IMG/VR virus record: IMGVR_UViG_3300027806_000035
Location: 22,447 to 86,446 of that record
Reading direction: 5' to 3' (one strand)
Length of the DNA: 64,000 bases
Origin: a virus
Shown: positions 27,901-35,940 of the stretch, in pieces
Numbering within the stretch: the stretch's first letter is position 1
Layout of the letters: each line of letters begins with the position of its first letter
Notes under the pieces: generated by a model
What the model saw: the letters and a program-made list of their open reading frames with translations, nothing else
Databases searched by the model: none
Told to the model about the DNA's origin: nothing
Translations under genes and position numbers: made by a program

Positions 27901-30900
27901 CAAGGTAGGTGGTTACAGCGTCCGCAAGGCTTTGCGCAAGCTCGTCGCCAGCCAGCTCATTGCGAACCTCAAGCGCAGCATTCTTAAACTGCTGCTCCCT
28001 GATCTGACCCTGCTTGACAAGGATCTCAAGCTCTTTCTGGGCGTTTTCTTGACGAAGCTGGGAGATCCTGTCTTCAACGCCACGGCGAATATCCTCGATC
28101 TGCTTTTCGTAGTCACGACGCAGCTCAAAGGACTGACGATCAAGATCTTCCTGCTCGCGCTTGATGGCGTTGGCTTGTTGCTTGAAGCCCTTCAGGATGT
28201 CCGCTCCTTCGTTCCGCTTATTGAATACTTCGAGATCGCGTTGAGCTGTGTCGCGGCGGGTTTCTGCGTCCCTGATCGCCTTGTCGCGTTGCTCCTGTGG
28301 CTTGAGCTGTGGCGCAGGAGTGGATCTTACAAGTCCAGCGGTGATTTCAGCCAAATCTTTAGTCGGAATCCCAAGAATTGAACCAGCTCCACCGCCTCCA
28401 AGCGGGCGGCCAATCAACCTCTCAAGAAGTCCAGATCCCCTTGGTGCGCCTGCTTTTTCAGCGGCAGCCTGCAACTGCCTGTTTGCAGCCGCTCTAGCTT
28501 CTGGTGTGGCTGCAGCAAAGGCATTCTCAAATCTTTTTTCCGTCCCGCTTCTCTCCAGTCCTGATGCAATAGCATTCAAGATGTCAGTAAGCGGCCCAGC
28601 AACAAGAAGCTGGATCTGTACGCCAAGGTCGGCCATTGCACGCTTCAGGCGATCACCAGCATCAGCGGCTTCACGAAGCTTCGTAGCTCCATCGACCCCG
28701 AGCTTGTTATTCAGTTCACCCTGGATAATCGAGTAGGCAGCGGTCTTATTCCCAGCCTCAATCAGATTGCCAATCAGCTTTTCCTGGCCACGGCTTGCAA
28801 GCAGGCCGGAATCCTTGATCTGCTCAAAGTTGCCGACCAGATCACGCAGCATGTTGCCGGTGTCCTGGGTCGCCTGCATCAGCATGTCCACCTGGGAGCC
28901 GATCGCCGTGCCAGCAAGCGACAGGCCGAAGCCCAGCGTGCCGCCGGCCAGGCCACCGAAGAAGCCGCCCAGACCGCCACCAGCAGCGGCTCCGGCGCCC
29001 TGACCGAACAGGAGGGGGAAGGCGCCACCGATCAGGCCTTCCCCGACCGCCTGGCCGCCTCTCTGGCCGAACCTGCGGGTCAGGAAGTCAGCCCCGGTAT
29101 CCCGGCGAGCAATCTGGTCGTCAACCTTGTTCAGAACTTTGGTCAGCTGATCAAAGCTCGCGTCCGTCATCTTCACGCCTTCGCGTGTTTCAGACAGCGC
29201 CTGAGACAGAAGCTGCAGCTGCTTGATGCTGGCGCCTGACATATCAGCCAGATCCTTCAGGCCAAGAAGCTGATCAGCATTGCCGCGAGCAGCATTTACG
29301 CGGCCCTCAAAGTCGCCAGGATCCGGTCCGGCAGGAGGGGCTGGAGGATTCGGCCCACGACCGCCGCCGCCAGCAGACCGAACAGCGGAAGAGGTGAAAT
29401 TGGCAGCAGATTGAACGCTGAGCGCAAAGTCGCGAATCGGCTTTGTAGCGGAATTCAGTGCTTGCTGCAATTTTTCAAGCGGGGATCCAATAGCGGCACC
29501 GGCTTCGCTACCAAGGGTCTGCGTCTTACCAAAAGCAAAGATTGACGAAAGCGGTGATCCAATGCCGCGCCCCTGAATCTGATTGGCGGAAAACAGGGGA
29601 TTAGAAGGTGGAGCGCTCTGAAGAGTTGGTAGCTTACCGCGAATTCTTTGGTCGCGACTCATCAGAATACCAGGGTTCAGAATTGATGACTCGCCCGCTT
29701 GTCCGGCAACCGGAGACATGGGTGCCGTTACGAACCTGGCAGAGCTGAACTTGTTGGCACTCTTGACGAAGGCGTCATCAATCTGCTTTTCAAGAAGCCC
29801 CGGAAGGTTCCTGAAAATTCGCTCAAGCTTCATTTCCGGGAATACGTCCTGGAACGTACCCCTTGCGCTCGACTCCCTCAGTATTTCGGTTGGGAAGTTC
29901 TGGAGCCCAACCGCATCAATTCGCCTTCTGTATTTAGCCGAATCAATTGTCAGGTCAGCAATGGATTGCGAAAGTGTTCCATAGTTAGCTCCAAGGCTCG
30001 GACGCTTCACCGCAAAATCAAACTGACCTGCGATTCCAGTCTGCGGATTTCTAGTAGGAAGGTTTAGGGAGGCAGTCGCTATGCCCTCTCTTGCCGTTTT
30101 AACGGCTTTCCCAACTGCATTCGCGCCAGCACCAAAGGCCTTGCTGAAGGCCGCTTCAATAGCAGAAGTACCCTGCTCAAGCCTGCTAGTAGTGGCATTG
30201 ATGATGTCACTGATTAGCATAAGAATGAACTTGGGAGGGCTGTTCCTGCCAAAGACCTTATTGATCGCTTTTGTTGCAGCAGACGCAAACTTGGTTGCCG
30301 CCGCAGCAGCGCTGGATGAACCGCCGGCAAGCTTGTCGGCAAAAGTGCTTACAACGCTCGCGCCAGTTTCAGCGGCGCCAGAGACTGCGCCCTTGAGGCC
30401 GCCAGCACCAGTTCCTGTAGCTTTCCCGCCAACAGAAGCGTTGAACGCACCGATGATGTTGCTCAGGGCTTGCTCGCCACTGCGACCGCCACGGAAGACC
30501 TTGGCGGCAGTGTCTGCACGTCCGAGATCACCAAGAATCGAGGTCAGGGTTCCGGTATCGCGCTGCTGCCCACGGCCAAGCCTTTTTGCAAGCTGCTCGG
30601 ATGCTTTTGACTCAGCCTGCGCATTGGCCGCTCTTTGCTTCTCTAGCGCAAGCAGTTGCCTTGTTCCGTTTAGCTCTTCATCAAGAATATCCAGGCTCTT
30701 CGCGGAAATCTCAAACGTATCAGCCTTTGCGGCATTGAGTGTATTTTGGAGCTTGACAAGGGTGTCACCAATCTCAACGCCTTTTGCCTGCGCTCCGGCA
30801 AGTTTCTCCTGCAAAAGGAGGCCAGAGGCGAGGATGTTAGCGAGTCGCTTTGGCGCATCAATTGGTGAGACGTCAGTGGTTCGGATATTTGAAGGCCTGA

Positions 30901-32302
30901 TTTGTCCAGCCTGGCCGGCTCCAGCCTTGGTGGACACTCCACTGGAAAGCTCCTCCACCTGAGCTAATGCACTTCTCCAGTTTATTCCCTTTGCTGCAAG
31001 TTTCTGCGCCTCAGTTACTGGCGTTGGCGTTCCACGTCTATTCAGGCGCTCAAGCGACATTCGCTGGCGGTCAATTTCAGCTGTCTGACGCTTCGAGGCC
31101 GTTAGATCCCTTTCGGCAAGCGAGGAAGTTGCCTTGTCAAGCTTTTGGCGAAGCTCAAGTTTTTGGTTTTGACTGAGAAATGCTTGGTCAACACGAGTCT
31201 CAAGAGCCGCAATTCGATCAAGCTGCAGTTCAATCTTATCATAGTATCCCTGCTTCTTGATGATTGATTTCGGATCATCAAGCCTGGAGGCAGGGCCAAG
31301 CTGCGGCTGAATCTTCATACTTTGGCCACGCAGGCCAAATCCGCTCATTTCCTCGCGAACAGATGCAATCCGCTCCTCAAGAGCCCGGTACTCATTGGAG
31401 ATAACAGGAACAAGAGAGCGCAGTCTTTCTAGGTAGCCAAGGTATGAGTCCATTGCGGCCTCGCTTCTTGTCACCGTGTCACCCATTGCAAGCGCGGAAG
31501 CAATGAGCTTGCGGGAGCCGGCAAGATTGGCTTCTGATGTACCTTGACCAAAATTTTGACGCTGAGCCTGAGGAGATAAACCAAAGGCGATAGCCCGAAA
31601 GCGTTGCTGTTCGGCTTCTGCGAGCTTCTTGTTCGCCCCCTCTACGGCAACACTGAATCTATTGAAATCGGCAGACGCAATTTTAACGTTATTTGCAACC
31701 AGCGAAAGAGCGGATGCCTGCTCTTTGAGCTGACTTATGCTTGCGTCAAGGCCTACGTCTTTGCCAAGCCCGCCAGTTACGAGTTTCTTGCGGAGATCTC
31801 CAATGCGGAGATAGGCATCAGCAAGGCCCTGAAGCGCGTTTACGCTTGCCTGGTTTTTCATGGCAAGGCCAAGGGCTCTGTTAAGCCCGATCGCCCCGGT
31901 CTGGGCCTCCCTCTGCCTCTGTGTTAGCTGGGCTGTTTTGCTGTTGAGTTCATCAATAGCGCTGGCCGCGTCAAGAATATCTTGCTGTAACTTTTTATAG
32001 GTTTTTGTTTCTGGATTTTTCAGTCTTGACAGTCTTTGCTGCGCCTTTTCGATTTTATCAAAGTTTTTTTGAATTTCAGCTCCAGCCCCAGCAATACCCT
32101 TTCCAGCATCGTCCGAAATACGGTTAAGCGCAGTCATGCTTGACTGCAGCTTTTCCACATCACGCACAGCTCTTGACGCGGATACGTCCAGCGGGGAGCT
32201 ATTTAGCCTATTAACAATGTCGTCAAGCTTGCTAACTCTTTCAATCAGCCTGTCAACAGCTGAGCGGCCAGTTACCAGAAGGTCAATTGAAGCGCCAGCC
32301 AT
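24902..32302 (-). CDS. Tail tape measure protein with a SleB/Hydrolase_2-like cell-wall hydrolase insert
   Basis: 2466 aa, helical and Ala-rich; LIGGAFPLLFGQG motif; C-terminal YASGGRP...IGENGPELWVP; insert NTAIGEYGG...ILSRSRSGQYPSNLVDVVTQAGQY at about 25900-26330. Confidence 0.93.
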   Translation of the reverse strand: MAGASIDLLVTGRSAVDRLIERVSKLDDIVNRLNSSPLDVSASRAVRDVEKLQSSMTALNRISDDAGKGIAGAGAEIQKNFDKIEKAQQRLSRLKNPETKTYKKLQQDILDAASAIDELNSKTAQLTQRQREAQTGAIGLNRALGLAMKNQASVNALQGLADAYLRIGDLRKKLVTGGLGKDVGLDASISQLKEQASALSLVANNVKIASADFNRFSVAVEGANKKLAEAEQQRFRAIAFGLSPQAQRQNFGQGTSEANLAGSRKLIASALAMGDTVTRSEAAMDSYLGYLERLRSLVPVISNEYRALEERIASVREEMSGFGLRGQSMKIQPQLGPASRLDDPKSIIKKQGYYDKIELQLDRIAALETRVDQAFLSQNQKLELRQKLDKATSSLAERDLTASKRQTAEIDRQRMSLERLNRRGTPTPVTEAQKLAAKGINWRSALAQVEELSSGVSTKAGAGQAGQIRPSNIRTTDVSPIDAPKRLANILASGLLLQEKLAGAQAKGVEIGDTLVKLQNTLNAAKADTFEISAKSLDILDEELNGTRQLLALEKQRAANAQAESKASEQLAKRLGRGQQRDTGTLTSILGDLGRADTAAKVFRGGRSGEQALSNIIGAFNASVGGKATGTGAGGLKGAVSGAAETGASVVSTFADKLAGGSSSAAAAATKFASAATKAINKVFGRNSPPKFILMLISDIINATTSRLEQGTSAIEAAFSKAFGAGANAVGKAVKTAREGIATASLNLPTRNPQTGIAGQFDFAVKRPSLGANYGTLSQSIADLTIDSAKYRRRIDAVGLQNFPTEILRESSARGTFQDVFPEMKLERIFRNLPGLLEKQIDDAFVKSANKFSSARFVTAPMSPVAGQAGESSILNPGILMSRDQRIRGKLPTLQSAPPSNPLFSANQIQGRGIGSPLSSIFAFGKTQTLGSEAGAAIGSPLEKLQQALNSATKPIRDFALSVQSAANFTSSAVRSAGGGGRGPNPPAPPAGPDPGDFEGRVNAARGNADQLLGLKDLADMSGASIKQLQLLSQALSETREGVKMTDASFDQLTKVLNKVDDQIARRDTGADFLTRRFGQRGGQAVGEGLIGGAFPLLFGQGAGAAAGGGLGGFFGGLAGGTLGFGLSLAGTAIGSQVDMLMQATQDTGNMLRDLVGNFEQIKDSGLLASRGQEKLIGNLIEAGNKTAAYSIIQGELNNKLGVDGATKLREAADAGDRLKRAMADLGVQIQLLVAGPLTDILNAIASGLERSGTEKRFENAFAAATPEARAAANRQLQAAAEKAGAPRGSGLLERLIGRPLGGGGAGSILGIPTKDLAEITAGLVRSTPAPQLKPQEQRDKAIRDAETRRDTAQRDLEVFNKRNEGADILKGFKQQANAIKREQEDLDRQSFELRRDYEKQIEDIRRGVEDRISQLRQENAQKELEILVKQGQIREQQFKNAALEVRNELAGDELAQSLADAVTTYLGAQLSAQDQIEQRRKQFEIAISNQQVELEKYKAEVAKRVSDLNISTAEKIQEINRSVARRNEDAALNTFEAEKKIASLKAEVIKNELLVMQARQSSFLESAKVNAKENPGKQVYQDVLTANQTIFDNITENLKLAGENLKAIETTKAPPKLREIPSVSTRSVSTAGVTQAVARGDQLQKTLLDLETSLVNSGQAGNFNEFIGRISDLATGPFKELDDSLTRSRKALGLVADDFSIAIGVIQGSYTSLVSSLARRPDFKLTPELLGLIATAEKVTVEFEKLRPTIEFYTQSNDQLSNSITQARGEISALLLPVSEYDKWLQIINSRGGLGINPRQEEEILRNAKALDNLNAKLKVLNGLRDIASGWTDSFIQLNKELLKGGNLLESVQRFAEGVADRTLDVLLEFTLRPLQDQLFKNLSDVLGIKPEQNPLLQPITAVKDNTDKILQAAIELVKKAETAAAAARGATPAPATAPANGIVPGPGGRSPATEPPKSGQWYRDAQSSGATGQFTGVGGPDLPMTGRSIKEALRLTDEEIAAAVNTAIGEYGGSDPLGRTDVFANILSRSRSGQYPSNLVDVVTQAGQYAPNFGLSRAQVVNPNRYGADLFNKVKAELLDPALLEQSIKDINGRLYFKGVSQYGNMMQGDFLRAEGQNFFHGPGREPGLNPAITSKLLSEIGSVVSQVQPAPQFNAEENARRMLEAYDAMREAVGAAYGPATAAGNQTAESLGQLGQAAAQATDSVQDLGTQMSDSVTKFQKTVGIGLQAISSIAMGVGGAQMIRKGGAYNTLMGAASIFGSISSITGMFGAGGGLSGLFGSKPKSSLPGFTGEMLNLGNLGLPGYASGGRPDPYDPAIIGENGPELWVPDRPGTIIPNDELYVPGLDDKGGSAPSIGRYTRRAASSMESGDGESSDTIYTGNYGRAVPYQRSETTREIDRLERVTSSPKELPPIKYETTRVNEYDFVTPEQLEASNARTAKVARNQTIRELADSMKTRKRLGL

Positions 32303-32336
32303 TGAGCCAAAAACTCTTCTCTAGCCAGTATAGGCA

Positions 32337-32927
32337 CTATAAGCGAAAACCGATTTCGACCCCTCTCCGAACATTGAAAGATAGCTGGCCGCCTCTTGTG
32401 TAGGTCTGGAACCAAAACTTCGGAGCAGTAATTGAAGCATTTGGATCTTCCCTTGTGTATCCAATGGCAATGTCAGGGCGAAGGCCAAAGTCTTGCATTC
32501 CACCTCCATCCTTGCGCCTGAATCCACGCTCAATCACCGGCTTAATGGGAGTGCCGATCGCAAAGAAAAGCCCCTCTTCTTCGTCAATTGCAATTCCAGC
32601 ATAAGGAGATGAGTTCGTGATTTCAAATCTAATCATATCGCTGCCAACTTTTGAATTCAGAACTCGCTCGTATCTGCTGAGAGGGAAGTTTCTTTTGTTG
32701 TACGAGTAGACGGATCCCTCCTTTCTTGGGGGGCTTGCGGCGCCGCCAGGGATCACCACATCCCAAGCAGACGAAAAGCTGCCGCTCCACGCGGGACCGG
32801 CCTGCGCAAGTCCATTCGTCACCTCAACGGCGACCTGTTGCACCGCCTTTGCAACTGCCTTATTGATCTGCCCCTGCAGATCCTTGGCAAGGCTGATGTT
32901 TTGTCCGCGCCTTCTTACTCTGGCCAT
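32337..32927 (-). CDS. Neck/tail-completion protein (HK97 gp10-like), paralog 1
   Basis: GLAQAGPAWSGSFSSAW...ITNSSPYA...WFQTYTRGG. Confidence 0.7.
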   Translation of the reverse strand: MARVRRRGQNISLAKDLQGQINKAVAKAVQQVAVEVTNGLAQAGPAWSGSFSSAWDVVIPGGAASPPRKEGSVYSYNKRNFPLSRYERVLNSKVGSDMIRFEITNSSPYAGIAIDEEEGLFFAIGTPIKPVIERGFRRKDGGGMQDFGLRPDIAIGYTREDPNASITAPKFWFQTYTRGGQLSFNVRRGVEIGFRL

Positions 32928-32950
32928 TTTTTATTTCAACTCTAGCCAAG

Positions 32951-32975
32951 AAAAAGGGGCCTACCGGCGGCCCCT
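32951..32975 (-). terminator. Rho-independent terminator
   Basis: AGGGGCC-GCCGGTA-GGCCCCT followed by a T-run, overlapping the gpGT stop. Confidence 0.65.
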
Positions 32976-33158
32976 CTTCGCTTTACTTATCGCCTCTTCT
33001 TGATCTTCCTGTTTGATCTTGAAGTAAGCTGACCAGAGGATTAGTTCCTCTGGGGTCATCGTCGTATCGACTTCGCGGAGACTCTTGCCAAGAGTTTCTG
33101 CAACTACCAGTTTCAGGTAGGTCCAGCGGTCTTCGCGGAGTTCGTCTGCGATTTTTTT
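32961..33158 (-). CDS. Tail assembly chaperone gpT portion, expressed as gpGT by -1 frameshift
   Basis: The -1 frame after A AAA AAA reads KIADELREDRWTYLKLVVAETLGKSLREVDTTMTPEELILWSAYFKIKQEDQEEAISKAKRGRR*; absent from the ORF track. Confidence 0.85.
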   Translation of the reverse strand, partial: KKIADELREDRWTYLKLVVAETLGKSLREVDTTMTPEELILWSAYFKIKQEDQEEAISKAKRGRR

Positions 33159-33523
33159 GTCGAGGACTCAACCTCATCATCCTCACTGCCAAGGACAACA
33201 AGAATCAGCTTGTCAAGATCCTCAGCACGAATCGCGGTCTTCAGCTCGGGGATTTCCCCAGCTGCAAACATCGCGCTGCCATCAGCATTCTTGGCCTTGC
33301 TGACGAGCAGATAGATCAGCCAGTCGGAATCGTCATCCTTGGTCTTGGATGCAGCACGGGCATTGCGACGAGCCCGGTCACGCTCAGCTGCAACCAGCGG
33401 CGTGATATACATTTCAAGCTCGGTGAAGCCATCGCTGAGAGGAACGACCTTCTTGATTGGTTCAAGATTGGCGGCCTGCTTCAGCTTTTCAAGAGCTGTG
33501 CCGAAGCCAGTAGTGGAGGCCAT
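33113..33523 (-). CDS. Tail assembly chaperone gpG
   Basis: Lies between the major tail and tape measure genes; start MASTTG at 33523; slippery A7 near the 3' end. Confidence 0.85.
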   Translation of the reverse strand: MASTTGFGTALEKLKQAANLEPIKKVVPLSDGFTELEMYITPLVAAERDRARRNARAASKTKDDDSDWLIYLLVSKAKNADGSAMFAAGEIPELKTAIRAEDLDKLILVVLGSEDDEVESSTKKSQTNSAKTAGPT

Positions 33524-33556
33524 GTGAATAGACGGAGGCTTGAACAGGATAGCAAC

Positions 33557-33582
33557 AAAAAAGCCCCCGAACAAGCGGGGGC
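33557..33582 (-). terminator. Rho-independent terminator after the major tail gene
   Basis: GCCCCCG-CTTGTT-CGGGGGC-TTTTTT. Confidence 0.8.
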
Positions 33583-33606
33583 AGGCGAGGCTCCAGCCGA
33601 ACAGCA

Positions 33607-34359
33607 TCAGGTGCGGGTCAGGTCGAAGGTGACGTTGCCAGACGGACGGAAGTTGATGCTCACGCTCTGGGCATCATCCGGGTTCACGTTCAGGCTTGCG
33701 GAAGTCAGTACAACCTCAGTCGAGATCGAACGGCTCAGCGTTTCGGACAGCGTGCCACCCGAATACACGGCGTCAATGTAAAGCTTGACGGCGGTGCCGG
33801 TTTGACGACGCTGCAGCACATCGCTGATCAGACGGTTCGACATAGCCGAGTCGGCATCCGTGAAGTACACGGTGGTCGTGCCAGTAGCATCAGCAAAGCT
33901 GGTCACGTAAGTCCTGAAAGGAGCAAACTGACCATTCGGGACGCCGATGGTGGTTACGTCGATCTCAGCTCGCGTGATCTCCAGGCTCCAGTCCCGAACC
34001 TGGGCGATCGGGGCGAAGGCCTTGTAGACGATGGTGGCCAGCTGGCTGCCAAAGTTGGTCGGAGCAGCGGTTGCAGTAGCAGCCGTGCCGCCAACAGTGC
34101 TGGAAAGCGTCATGATCCCAGTTGCGGGATCATACGTCTTCACGAAGTAGTCGCCAGCCGCGATGGCATTGGTGACAGTCGCACCAACGGGATAGGTGAG
34201 GGTCACGGGGTCATCGACCTTGAAACCCAGGAAATCACCAACCGTGATATTGCTGCCGGTGGTGGGAAAAGCAGAGGCGCCGAGGCAGGCCTGGGTGTTT
34301 GCCGGCTTATACCAGAAAGCGCCCGAAGTGCCCGTCAGTACCGTGGTGTCACAGGACAT
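33607..34359 (-). CDS. Major tail (tube) protein
   Basis: MSCDTTVLTGTSGAFWYKPA...VRDWSLEITRAEIDVTTIG...VNPDDAQSVSINFRP; strong codon bias; downstream terminator. Confidence 0.85.
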   Translation of the reverse strand: MSCDTTVLTGTSGAFWYKPANTQACLGASAFPTTGSNITVGDFLGFKVDDPVTLTYPVGATVTNAIAAGDYFVKTYDPATGIMTLSSTVGGTAATATAAPTNFGSQLATIVYKAFAPIAQVRDWSLEITRAEIDVTTIGVPNGQFAPFRTYVTSFADATGTTTVYFTDADSAMSNRLISDVLQRRQTGTAVKLYIDAVYSGGTLSETLSRSISTEVVLTSASLNVNPDDAQSVSINFRPSGNVTFDLTRT

Positions 34360-34465
34360 GGACTTTGAAGAAATGAACAGCAGTGCGGGCACTGCCCGAT
34401 GTACCAATCCTAGCCACCACCTCGTTTCAGGCCGAATGAGAAGCCGTAGCCGGTAAGGTCAGTCC

Positions 34466-34897
34466 TTAGCCGAGATTGGTCGCATCCCAGGAAGCAGACA
34501 TTCTCGCCATGAAATGCGGCTGCTCCTGATCCATGTAAAACATCGGACCGGAAATATCGCGAACTCTCACAAAGGTTCCTGTCGCCGGCTTTTTTGTTGA
34601 GCCGAGATTCTTCAGGACGCAGGAAGCCGTTTCGGCAAGCTGTCTTGCACGCCTTCCGCCATTCCCCTTGCGCGTAAAAATGCGGATGATAATTGCACCG
34701 CGAGCGCGATCAAGGCTTTCTTCGAGAGCGGTTTCACTTGTTAGGCCAAATGTGATGTTGACCATCACGTACTCGCCAGGGGGATCCGGCGACATGGCAA
34801 TGAGGTTATCAAAGTAGATGCTGACAGGGGGAGTGAGCGCAGCAAATGCACTGTTGAGCGGGGTTTCAAGTGCTGCGCAGATTGCTTGGTAGTTCAA
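34466..34897 (-). CDS. Tail terminator protein
   Basis: IYFDN...RGAIIIRIFTRKGNG pattern; position before the major tail gene. Confidence 0.7.
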   Translation of the reverse strand: MNYQAICAALETPLNSAFAALTPPVSIYFDNLIAMSPDPPGEYVMVNITFGLTSETALEESLDRARGAIIIRIFTRKGNGGRRARQLAETASCVLKNLGSTKKPATGTFVRVRDISGPMFYMDQEQPHFMARMSASWDATNLG

Positions 34898-35529
34898 TTG
34901 ACGACCACTCCACTGTCACCCTTTCTAAAGGCAAGTCTAACGACGCGCTTCACATCGGCAGACATCTCACCGCCGCGAGCATAGTTTTCATACCAATCAC
35001 GCTCTGCGGTTGACACATTTGTCCCCTGCGGGTCTGGCTTGACATCCCAACGGAATGTAGGCCCTTTTTCCCTGATGCCATATACTGGTTTGAACTCAAT
35101 TCCACCAACCGGCTTTTCGGGCGTCTTCGGCTTTATCCACCTGCCTTCAAGAATATCCATTGCATACAGCGCGTATGGCGAAGTATTCACAATTTCAAAC
35201 ACCGTCACTCTTTGCAAAGCCTTGACAGTTGTTTTCAGCTGTGGAACGTCTTGGATTCTGTAGGGGTATCCCTTGGGTGATGGCTGATTCTTTGCGAAAC
35301 CACCAAGCGCGTTGGCTCTCCAGCTATTACGGAAGTCTCCGCTATAGGCCGGACCCTTGGCAGCGAGTCCATTCATGATCTCAGCAGCTGCCCTTCTCGC
35401 TGCGTTGTTAATATCTCTTTTGATCCTTTCTGGAACTTCCGACCATGGCTTGCCGCTGAGGGGATCTTTTTTGCCCCTCCTTGCGATTGTGCTTGGCCTG
35501 GGCTTACTCGGCCTTCTTGGGGTTGCCAT
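34894..35529 (-). CDS. Neck/tail-completion protein (HK97 gp10-like), paralog 2
   Basis: GLAAKGPAYSGDFRNSW...IVNTSPYA...WYENYARGG. Confidence 0.7.
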   Translation of the reverse strand: MATPRRPSKPRPSTIARRGKKDPLSGKPWSEVPERIKRDINNAARRAAAEIMNGLAAKGPAYSGDFRNSWRANALGGFAKNQPSPKGYPYRIQDVPQLKTTVKALQRVTVFEIVNTSPYALYAMDILEGRWIKPKTPEKPVGGIEFKPVYGIREKGPTFRWDVKPDPQGTNVSTAERDWYENYARGGEMSADVKRVVRLAFRKGDSGVVVN

Positions 35530-35589
35530 GCCTGGGACTGCAACTCTTGCTTAATTGTAGCCCAACAGGTAATCAAAGTGCCAAAAATG

Positions 35590-35940
35590 CTAAACGCGCT
35601 TCCAAGTGGCCGAATCGCTCCAGCTTCCAGCCTTGACGGCTCTGATCGGCTTGTTAGGTAGGCATCCCCTCGGCATCACAGTTGCAGGTCCATCCCACAC
35701 CGAAATGCTGCCGATGATTTCAGCCGTTCGTCCGCTTGGCACTTGAACTACTGCTGGCTCACCGTTCGATCCGTAGACATCGCCAATGACGATCAGATCA
35801 TTCAGAGCGAGAAGCTGAAGGATCGGCTTGCGGATCCAGCGGATGAAGCTCCTGTAACCTTCAGTCATCGTTGCGCCCTCCGGTGGCGTGATGGTCATGG
35901 ACCGGGTGCTGCAAGCACGCCGGTCCGACCAATCATACAC
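35590..35940 (-). CDS. Hypothetical protein
   Basis: Abuts the upstream stop; ends with RAVKAGSWSDSATW. Confidence 0.5.
   Translation of the reverse strand: MYDWSDRRACSTRSMTITPPEGATMTEGYRSFIRWIRKPILQLLALNDLIVIGDVYGSNGEPAVVQVPSGRTAEIIGSISVWDGPATVMPRGCLPNKPIRAVKAGSWSDSATWKRV

Noticed and set aside
32983-33201. 72-aa ORF from the track
   Set aside because: Wrong frame; the -1 frame ending at 32961 carries the gpT signature.
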